IMG/VR virus record: IMGVR_UViG_3300047557_003487
Span: 23 to 64,022 of that record
Strand: one strand, 5' to 3'
Length of the DNA: 64,000 bases
DNA from: a virus
Lineage: Duplodnaviria > Caudoviricetes
Below, in pieces: positions 39,894-48,800 of the stretch. Below the pieces are notes generated by a model, which ran no database searches, was not told the DNA's origin, and saw only the letters and a list, made by a program, of their open reading frames with translations. The translations under genes were made by a program, and so were the position numbers. Position 1 is the first letter of the stretch. Every line of letters starts with the position of its first letter.

Positions 39894-41276
39894 ATGAACA
39901 AGAATTTCGATTATTTAGGTAACACTTTTCAAATTCAATTAATCAATCAGATTGTTGTAGACAAGGATTTTTCATCTTCAATCATTGATGTTTTGGAAAG
40001 TTCTTACTTCGACAACAAGTATTTCAAAATCATAATTCAGATGATTAAGGAGTACTATGTTAAGTACGAATCTACACCCAACTTCGAAACCTTGGAACAG
40101 ATTGTTAAATCTGAAGTCTCACAAGAATTGGTTGCAAAAATTGTTTTAGATACTTTAAAACAAATCAAAGAAGCACCTTTTGAAGGAACTCAATTTGTTC
40201 AAGAAAAAGCATTGAAATTCTGTAAACAACAAGAGTTACAGAAAGCAATGAACAAGGCTCAAAAGATTATCACAGAAGGAGACTTCGAGTCCTACGACAA
40301 AGTTGAAGGTCTTGTGAGAGAAGCTTTACAGGTTGGGGAAATTGAGAAGGGACAATCAGATGTTTTCGCAGATTTGGACACTGTTCTAGAGGAAGATTAT
40401 AGACATCCAATTCCTATGGGAATTGCGGGGATAGACAAACTACTCAAAGGTGGATTGGCTAAAGGTGAGATTGGAGTGATACTAGCACCTACAGGAGTTG
40501 GTAAAACTACTGTACTTACAAAAATTGCAAACACAGCTTTCAATATGGGATACAATGTTCTTCAGATATTTTTTGAAGACAACCCAAAAATTGTACAAAG
40601 AAAACACTTCACAATTTGGACAGGAATTGAACCCGACAATTTGGTATTCCATAAAGAAAAAGTTATGGAAAAAATCACTGAGATTAGGGAGACAATGCCA
40701 AACAAGTTAGTTCTAAAAAAACTAGCATCTGATACTATGACTATGAATCAAATCAAAAACCAAGTCAGAAAAATGATTGCTGACGGTACAAAAATAGATA
40801 TGATTCTTTTGGATTACATTGATTGTGTATTACCTGAGTCAAGTGCTAAAGATGAGTGGAAAGCTGAAGGGTCCGTGATGAGAGCTTTTGAAGCGATGTG
40901 CCACGAGTTAGACATAGCTGGGTGGACAGCAACTCAAGGAAACAGAAGTTCAATCTCCTCTGAGGTTGTTACAACTGACCAAATGGGTGGTTCAATCAAG
41001 AAAGCACAAGTTGGTCACGTAATCATTACCGTTGCTAAGACTCTACAACAAAAAGAGATGAATCTTGCAACAATCGCCATCACAAAATCCCGTCTTGGTA
41101 AGGACGGTGTTGTCTTCGAGAACTGTAAGTTCAATAATGAATTATTGGAAATAGATACCGAATCATCGGTAACATTCCTTGGTTTCGAAGAACAACAAGA
41201 AGAAAGAAAAAGAGATAGAGTTAAGGAGCTCCTTGAAAAAAGAAAGGAAAGGGAAAAAACCCAAAATCAGACTTAA
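39894..41276 (+). CDS. dnaB: replicative DnaB-like helicase (T4 gp41-like)
   Basis: GGLAKGEIGVILAPTGVGKT, LLDYID, TATQGNR and KSRLG. Confidence 0.92.
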   Translation: MNKNFDYLGNTFQIQLINQIVVDKDFSSSIIDVLESSYFDNKYFKIIIQMIKEYYVKYESTPNFETLEQIVKSEVSQELVAKIVLDTLKQIKEAPFEGTQFVQEKALKFCKQQELQKAMNKAQKIITEGDFESYDKVEGLVREALQVGEIEKGQSDVFADLDTVLEEDYRHPIPMGIAGIDKLLKGGLAKGEIGVILAPTGVGKTTVLTKIANTAFNMGYNVLQIFFEDNPKIVQRKHFTIWTGIEPDNLVFHKEKVMEKITEIRETMPNKLVLKKLASDTMTMNQIKNQVRKMIADGTKIDMILLDYIDCVLPESSAKDEWKAEGSVMRAFEAMCHELDIAGWTATQGNRSSISSEVVTTDQMGGSIKKAQVGHVIITVAKTLQQKEMNLATIAITKSRLGKDGVVFENCKFNNELLEIDTESSVTFLGFEEQQEERKRDRVKELLEKRKEREKTQNQT

Positions 41277-41411
41277 TTAAATATCTACTTTTTCTCAAAA
41301 AAACTTATTTTTTTTTTAATTATTTTCGTGGTCGCTTAGTTGCCGACCGCATATTTATCTTAAAAATCGGTGATTTTTTGATAAAAAAGTTATACCTTAA
41401 AAATTTAAAAA

Positions 41412-43274
41412 ATGGACATTTCGAACAGAATTTTATCAGACATTACAGTGTACATGAAGTACGCGAAGTACATGCCTGAACTCAAGAGAAGAGAGACTTG
41501 GCAAGAGCTAGTTACAAGAAACATGGAGATGCATATTAAAATGTATCCAAAATTAGAAAAAGAGATTAGAGAGAATTATCAGTATGTTTACAAGAAACAA
41601 GTATTACCCTCAATGAGGTCGATGCAGTTCGCTGGTAAACCTATTGAAATCTCACCAAACAGAATTTACAACTGTGCGTTTGCGCCGATTGATGATTGGA
41701 GAGTATTTTCAGAAATTATGTTCTTACTTTTAGGTGGAACAGGAGTTGGTTATTCAGTTCAAAAACACCACGTTGATGTTTTACCTGAAATCAGAAAACC
41801 AAATAAAGAAAGAGGAAGAAGATGGTTAGTTGCTGACTCAATTGAGGGTTGGGCTGACGCAGTTAAAGTATTAGTTAAATCTTACTTCTTTGGTGGTTCA
41901 CACATTCAGTTTGATTTCAGTGATATCAGACCAAAGGGTGCAAGACTTGTAACCTCAGGTGGTAAAGCTCCTGGTCCTCAACCATTGAAAGAGTGTCTTA
42001 TAAAACTTGAGGGTATTTTAGACTCAAAAGAAGACGGTGAAAAACTATCTCCAATCGAAGTTCACGACATCGTTTGCCATATTGCAGACGCTGTACTTGC
42101 AGGTGGTATTAGAAGAGCGGCACTTATTTGTTTGTTCTCAGCAACAGATGAAGATATGATTGGTAGTAAGAGTGGTTCATGGTGGGAAACAAATCCACAA
42201 AGAGGTAGAGCTAACAACTCAGCAGTTCTTATGAGACACAAAATCACCAAAGAGTATTTCATGGAGTTGTGGAAAAGAATTGAAGCAAGTGGAGCTGGTG
42301 AACCAGGTATTTACCTATCAAACGACAAAGATTGGGGAACTAACCCTTGTTGTGAAATTGCACTTAGACCTTTCCAATTCTGTAACTTAACTGAGGTTAA
42401 CGTATCAAACGTGGTATCTCAAGAAGATTACGAAGACAGAGTAAGAGCAGCTTCATTTATCGGAACATTACAGGCAGGATATACAGACTTCCATTATCTC
42501 AGACCAATTTGGCAGAGAACAACTGAAAAAGATGCTCTTGTTGGAATTTCAATGACGGGTATCGGTTCAGGAGCAGTCTTAGGTCTTAACATGAAATCCG
42601 CTTCAAAAGTTGTTAAAGAAGAAAATGAAAGAGTTGCTAACTTAATTGGTATCAATAAAGCGGCAAGAACCACAACTGTAAAACCAGCAGGTACTACCTC
42701 TTTAACATTGGGTACATCATCAGGAATCCACGCTTGGCATAACGATTACTACATCAGAAGAGTTAGAGTTGGTAAGAACGAATCAATCTACACCCATCTC
42801 AAGGAAAATCACCCTGAGTTAGTAGAAGATGAATACTTTAGACCTCACGACACTGCGGTAATTAGTATTCCACAAAAAGCACCTGAAGGGTCTATTCTAA
42901 GAAATGAATCACCAATTCAATTACTTGAAAGAGTAAAGAAGGTTCAACAAGAATGGATTAGACCTGGTCATAGAAGTGGTTCAAATGCTCACAACGTATC
43001 TGCAACAATTTCTATTCGTGAACACGAATGGCCAGCTGTAGGTGAGTGGATGTGGGAAAACAAAGAACACTACAATGGTCTATCTTGTCTACCCTACAAC
43101 GGTGGAACATACGTACAAGCACCTTTCGAGGACTGTACAAAAGAAAAGTATGAGGAATTGATGCTCACTCTTAAAGACGTTGATTTGTCTAAAATTGTTG
43201 AGAATAATGACGAGACTGATTTGAGTGGGGAACTTGCATGTGCAGGAGGTGCTTGTGAGATTACATTAGTATAA
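41412..43274 (+). CDS. nrdJ: class II (adenosylcobalamin-dependent) ribonucleotide reductase
   Basis: LPSMR, YNC, GGTGVG, TNPCCEI, FCNL, TVKPAGT and C-terminal CAGGAC; no beta-subunit gene adjacent. Confidence 0.9.
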   Translation: MDISNRILSDITVYMKYAKYMPELKRRETWQELVTRNMEMHIKMYPKLEKEIRENYQYVYKKQVLPSMRSMQFAGKPIEISPNRIYNCAFAPIDDWRVFSEIMFLLLGGTGVGYSVQKHHVDVLPEIRKPNKERGRRWLVADSIEGWADAVKVLVKSYFFGGSHIQFDFSDIRPKGARLVTSGGKAPGPQPLKECLIKLEGILDSKEDGEKLSPIEVHDIVCHIADAVLAGGIRRAALICLFSATDEDMIGSKSGSWWETNPQRGRANNSAVLMRHKITKEYFMELWKRIEASGAGEPGIYLSNDKDWGTNPCCEIALRPFQFCNLTEVNVSNVVSQEDYEDRVRAASFIGTLQAGYTDFHYLRPIWQRTTEKDALVGISMTGIGSGAVLGLNMKSASKVVKEENERVANLIGINKAARTTTVKPAGTTSLTLGTSSGIHAWHNDYYIRRVRVGKNESIYTHLKENHPELVEDEYFRPHDTAVISIPQKAPEGSILRNESPIQLLERVKKVQQEWIRPGHRSGSNAHNVSATISIREHEWPAVGEWMWENKEHYNGLSCLPYNGGTYVQAPFEDCTKEKYEELMLTLKDVDLSKIVENNDETDLSGELACAGGACEITLV

Positions 43275-43277
43275 CCT

Positions 43278-43463
43278 ATGGAAAACAACCAAAATAAAAG
43301 GGAGAAGGTAGAACTTCTCCCTTCTTATTTCTACACAGAAAACGGAAGAAAAGTTATGACCGAACAATATCACTTGGATAGAGGGTATTGTTGCGGTAAT
43401 GGTTGTAGACATTGTCCATACGAACCTAAAGCTCAGAAGGGAAATACTACAATAAAAAAATAA
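43278..43463 (+). CDS. small cysteine-rich protein (DUF5522-like)
   Basis: HLDRGYCCGNGCRHCPY motif. Confidence 0.75.
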   Translation: MENNQNKREKVELLPSYFYTENGRKVMTEQYHLDRGYCCGNGCRHCPYEPKAQKGNTTIKK

Positions 43464-43484
43464 TCAAAGTATATTTATCACTAT

Positions 43485-43955
43485 ATGGCAGATGGTATTA
43501 CATATGGTATAAATTTTCCTTTTAGAGATTCTAGAAAAGGGGATTACTTAGCACTGACTGAATTTGAGACACAGCAAATTAAAGCTGACTTGATTCATTT
43601 AATTTTGACGAGAAAAGGTTCAAGATATTATTTACCTGAATTTGGAACGAGAATCTATGAATTTATTTTTGAGCCCTATGATGGACTAACGTTTGATGCA
43701 ATTCAATCAGATATAAGAGATGCTGTTGCACAATTTATGCCACAATTACTTTTGAATCAAATAACTATCGAACCCGCAAACATAGATGATGAAGTACCCC
43801 CTACAACAAGTAGAACCGCCGCAGACCCTAGAATGTACGACATATATAGAGTGCCAGGAAAAGGGACTTCAGAATATACTGCCAAGGTGAGAATAGATTA
43901 TTCAACAGAACGAAATGCCTTTGGACAAAGTGATTTTGTTATTATCAATATTTAA
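43485..43955 (+). CDS. baseplate wedge protein (T4 gp25/gpW-like)
   Basis: GINFPF, LILTRKGSRYYLPEFGTRIYEFIFEP. Confidence 0.9.
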   Translation: MADGITYGINFPFRDSRKGDYLALTEFETQQIKADLIHLILTRKGSRYYLPEFGTRIYEFIFEPYDGLTFDAIQSDIRDAVAQFMPQLLLNQITIEPANIDDEVPPTTSRTAADPRMYDIYRVPGKGTSEYTAKVRIDYSTERNAFGQSDFVIINI

Positions 43956-43960
43956 CATAG

Positions 43961-45799
43961 ATGGCAAATAGAAAAATATCATACGCAACAAGAGATTATC
44001 AGGCAATAAGAACTGAGTTACTCAATTATGTAAGAACATATTATCCTGAACTCATTCAAGATTTCAATGACGCGTCTGTCTTTTCTGTTTTTTTGGATTT
44101 GAATGCCGCAGTTGCAGACAACCTGAATTACAATATTGATAGAAGTATTCAAGAAACAGTCCTTCAGTATGCACAACAAAGGTCATCAGTATATAACATT
44201 GCAAGAACTTATGGTTTAAAAGTACCAGGGCAAAGACCATCCGTAGCTTTGGTAGACTTTTCAATTACAGTTCCAGCTTTTGGTGATAAAGAAGATGAGA
44301 GATACCTTGGAGTCTTAACAAGAGGTTCCCAAGTTGTCGGGGCTGGTATAGTTTTTGAAAACATTCATGATATTGATTTCGCATCACCCTACAACTCACA
44401 GGGTTTTCCTAACAGATTGAAAATTCCTAACTTCAATGCGAATAACGTTCTTATAAATTACACAATAACTAAAAGAGAATTAGTTGTTAATGGTATAACT
44501 AAGGTATTCAAAAGAGTCATAACACCAAATGATGTTAAACCATTCTTCGAATTATTTTTACCTGAGAAGAATGTTCTTGGTATCACAAGTGTTTTATTAA
44601 AAAATGGAACAGAATATACAAATGTTCCGTCAGTTGCAGAATTTTTAGGGGCTCAAAATAGATGGTATGAGGTTGATACCTTAGCGGAAGATAGAATTTT
44701 TGTAGAAGACCCAACTAAAGTTTCCGACCAACCTGGGATTAAAGTAGGTAGATATATACAAACAGCAAATCGTTTTATAAGTGAATTTACCGCAGAAGGA
44801 TTCAAAAAAATGACCTTTGGTGGAGGAACAAATACTGCACAGGATGCTCTTAACGAGTTTACAACACTTGGAGTTACTGCAGATATACAGAGATATTCTA
44901 ATAATATATCATTAGGTTCAACATTAGTACCAAATTCAACATTGTTTATTCAATATAGAGTCGGTGGTGGATTGGCTACAAACTTGGGAACAAATGTAAT
45001 TAACCAAATTGGTACCGTTTCATTTTACGTTAATGGACCTTCTGAATCGACAAACTCATCAGTTGTTAACTCATTGAGATGTACCAACGTAACTGCTGCA
45101 ATCGGTGGTGCAGGTGTACCATCAGTAGAGGAGGTTAGAAACTACGTCGCCTACAACTTCGCAGCACAGAAAAGAGCGGTTACTATAAGGGATTATGAAT
45201 CTTTAATCAGAACAATGCCATCTGAATATGGTGCACCAGCCAAGGTTTCAATTACAGAAAACGACAACAAAATATTAATTCAACTTTTATCTTACGATAC
45301 ATCAGGTAAATTAACTAACATGGTATCTAATACTATTAGACAGAATGTTGCAACTTATTTATCAAACTACAGAATGATGAATGATTATATATCTATCCTT
45401 TCTGCGGAAGTAATAGATTTAAGTTTTGAAGTTAGTATTGTTTTAGATTCGGCACAAAACTCAGGACAAGTAATTTCTGCAGTTGTTGATAGACTTGCAA
45501 CCTATATGGACCCACAAGGAAGAGAATTAGGTCAGAATGTTAATCTTTCTGAAATTAGTAGCATTATTCAGAACGAGAACGGAGTATTATCTGTTACGGA
45601 AATTAAAGTATTCAATAAGGTAGGTGGACAATACTCATCAGCGGAAACTTCGATGCTTTATGAAGACCCTGAAACAAAACAAATTCAACCTGTTGATAAC
45701 ACGATATTCGCACAACCTTCCCAAGTTTATCAAATAAGATATCCTGCAAAGGACATCAAGGTATCTGTTAAGAATTTTCAGTCTACTACTTTTTCTTAA
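43961..45799 (+). CDS. baseplate wedge protein (T4 gp6/gpJ-like)
   Basis: RDYQAIRTEL, FGGG, YRVGGG, GGAG...EEVR and QKRAVTIRDY. Confidence 0.9.
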   Translation: MANRKISYATRDYQAIRTELLNYVRTYYPELIQDFNDASVFSVFLDLNAAVADNLNYNIDRSIQETVLQYAQQRSSVYNIARTYGLKVPGQRPSVALVDFSITVPAFGDKEDERYLGVLTRGSQVVGAGIVFENIHDIDFASPYNSQGFPNRLKIPNFNANNVLINYTITKRELVVNGITKVFKRVITPNDVKPFFELFLPEKNVLGITSVLLKNGTEYTNVPSVAEFLGAQNRWYEVDTLAEDRIFVEDPTKVSDQPGIKVGRYIQTANRFISEFTAEGFKKMTFGGGTNTAQDALNEFTTLGVTADIQRYSNNISLGSTLVPNSTLFIQYRVGGGLATNLGTNVINQIGTVSFYVNGPSESTNSSVVNSLRCTNVTAAIGGAGVPSVEEVRNYVAYNFAAQKRAVTIRDYESLIRTMPSEYGAPAKVSITENDNKILIQLLSYDTSGKLTNMVSNTIRQNVATYLSNYRMMNDYISILSAEVIDLSFEVSIVLDSAQNSGQVISAVVDRLATYMDPQGRELGQNVNLSEISSIIQNENGVLSVTEIKVFNKVGGQYSSAETSMLYEDPETKQIQPVDNTIFAQPSQVYQIRYPAKDIKVSVKNFQSTTFS

Positions 45800-45893
45800 T
45801 TAGTTTATTTAAAGTCAGTTTGACTTATTTTTAAGATGTGTAATTATGTCCTTGGAAAATTACACTTAAACTATTTATTGCATAAAGAATTTG

Positions 45894-48800
45894 ATGGGTC
45901 AATCCTACAGAATTAGAACGGAGTTAGGAGTTAACAAAACACTAAACCTACAGTTGGACCAAGATTTTGAGTTTTTAGAAATCTTGTCTTTGACTATACA
46001 ACAAACAGATATCTACACAAGAGCTTGTGCAGACTATGGTGTTATTGTTGGTAGGGTGACTGCAAACAACGGACTTGGGTTACCAAACGCTAGAGTATCT
46101 GTCTTCATACCAATTCAACAGGTCGATGAATCAAATCCTGTAATCTCAAGTATATACCCCTACAAATCACCAACGGACAAAAACGAAGATGGTTATAGAT
46201 ATAATCTTTTACCATACGAAGCCTCATACACAGGACACGCAGCCTCGGGAACATTACCAACACGAGTAGACGCTCTTACTGGCTCCACCGCAGTTGAAAT
46301 CTACGACAAGTATTACAAATTTACATCAAAGACTAATGATAGTGGTGATTATATGATTATGGGTGTTCCTGTTGGAACCCAACAATTAGTCATGGATGTA
46401 GACCTATCCGACATAGGTGAATTTTCTTTGACCCCTCAAGATTTAATAAGAGTTGGTAGAGCAACAGAAGGACAGGTTGCGGGTAACAGATTTAGAACAT
46501 CTACAGATTTAAACTCTTTACCTCAAATTATAAATCTAACAAAAAGTGTTGAAGTGGCTCCTTTATGGGGTGACCCTGATGTTTGCCAAATTGCAATTAA
46601 TCGTGTTGATTTTGATTTGAGAGATGATGCTAACATAGATATTCAACCAACAGCAGTCTTCATGGGCTCATTGACTTCCACACCCGACCAAATGAGGGTG
46701 AGAAGAAATGCTAAGCCGAAAGATAATATGGGTAATCTTTGCCAGTTAACAACAGGACCTGGTCAAATATTGGCACTCAGACAAACTATCCAACAAGACG
46801 AAAACGGAAATCCAATTTTGGAACAATACGAATTGGAACAATCTGGAAATATAATCGATGGAAATGGTGTATGGTTAACTGAATTACCTATGAACTTGGA
46901 TTATATAGTCACAAATGAGTTCGGGGAAAGAGTGATTTCAAATGACCCAACAATCGGTATTCCAACGAAGGGTAAGTATAGATTTAAAGTAAAATGGCAA
47001 CAACCACCAACTCTTACTGAACAAACACGAAGACCATACTATCTTATTCCAAACATCAAAGAGTATGGGTGGAACAACCAATCGCAAGACCCTAACATTG
47101 CAACGACAACATCACAAATACAAAAAGATAGACTAAATAGTACGTATTATTTCGGTTTGGATTGGTCAGGGTATACCCAAGGATTCACAGGTCAAGAGCA
47201 AATAGACAGACTTACTGAGGTTATAAACTGCGAAGATACATTCTATGAATTCATTTTTAATAAAGTTTATACAGTATCAAGTTTCATCGATGAGTTTAAG
47301 AACGGTGCCAAAGGAAGATTTATTGGTATTAAAGAGATTGATAGTCAGGATTGTGAAAGCACTGTGAACAAATTCCCAGTCAATGAGGGTTTCAGAAACT
47401 TTGACCTTCTGTACTTTTTATTTGCGATAATAATTCAAGTTTTACAATTGGTAGGGATACCCTTACTAATTATATTCCATTTTCTTGCGTTCTTGTGGAA
47501 TAATTTTGCAGTACCTTTCTTAGCATTTATAACTGCATATTTCTTTAGAGAAGCGATACAGAACTTTATTGCCGCTGGTTTATCATTTCCTGCTTTGGGT
47601 TTGGCTGCACCATTTATAATCAAAGGGATAATAAATTTAGGAATAGCAATATTGATTATTTTAAATTTCCGAAAAATTACAAGGTATAGATTTGGTAAAT
47701 TCAAAATACCAATGATACAGTATCCTGATTGCCAAGCTTGTGATTGCGAAGAAGAACAAACAAGAGAAGGTGGAGATGTTAATGCAACAAGTCTCCTAAC
47801 ACAACTTACAAACCCTGGATTATATTATGATAGGTTATTACCTATAGTTAGTAGAAATACTTACACGAATGTTGATAACGACGAGGACACCAACCTCCCA
47901 ACTGAAACCGATAGTGGAGTACTGACTTTAGTGTTCACCCAAGCACTAGCGGGTAGAGCGGACGAAAAAAATGATATAAAGATTTACAAAGCTCCTGAAT
48001 CTCAAGTTTTGAGGCTTCCTGATAGCGGTGCGTCACCAAGACAAGTTTTTGCTTTTAGCCAACAGATAACATATGGAGATAGGGTCAATCTATTCAACGG
48101 AAGAAAAAAATATTTTGACGGTGTTAATAGAATCTCTGTTTCATTCAACCATTTAGATAATATTGGAAAGAGTCACTACGACAACACAATTACTGTTCTT
48201 ACCAATACAAAATTAGCGTCAGGTTCTCTGTATACTACAATTGACCCGTTTACTTCAGGTGATGTTAACTTTACCTATACGGCATCTACAGGCACAGAAT
48301 TTATAACAGGGATTAGTGGTTTTTCTAAAGGAATTGGTGCACGTTCAGTAACAGTAAATTATTGTAGTATAAGTAATCAGACACAATCTCAGTCATTACA
48401 ATATTTCTTGAATACTGGCACAACAGAGGACAACTATAAGTTTCCAATGGACGTTGAGTATTTTCAAGTTGTAACGGCACTTACAATTTCAGAAGCGGCA
48501 CAACTTTGGAACACAAGTAACTCATCAACCTTTGCTGGTATCATGAGTTCCTGTACACAAAGTTATTATAATGTAAGGAAAAACTTTCCAGGTAGTTGGG
48601 GACAAGAAGACCCCGCGCCAAATTTCTGTTTAAGTCAAACGTTTGAAGATTTTCAAAATCAATATATTACTATTTTCCAAAGAGGTGTCGACCCATATTC
48701 TCCGAAATACAATAACAAATATGGTATTGGAAAAATATTAGGATTGGCTAACGAAAACGATTTGGTAATCACAGCGTCCACAAGACTAAACGTACCAATT

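Noticed and set aside
41277-41411. NrdR box or cobalamin riboswitch upstream of nrdJ
   Set aside because: No convincing NrdR palindrome, and the gap is too short and AT-rich for a B12 element.
4410-43274. Inteins or self-splicing introns in polB, helicases, RecA-like gene or nrdJ
   Set aside because: Motifs are contiguous at expected spacing; no intein termini or homing endonuclease motifs seen.
14717-45799. Bacterial contractile injection system (eCIS/T6SS/tailocin) or prophage
   Set aside because: Structural genes are interleaved with phage-type polymerase, SSB, helicase, RNR and neck genes; no host housekeeping genes or integrase in the window.
45812-45865. Two short inverted repeats (AAGTCA/TGACTT; GTGTAATT/AATTACAC) upstream of the 1633-aa gene
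   Set aside because: Short and AT-rich, not repeated elsewhere in the window; cannot be assigned as terminator or operator.
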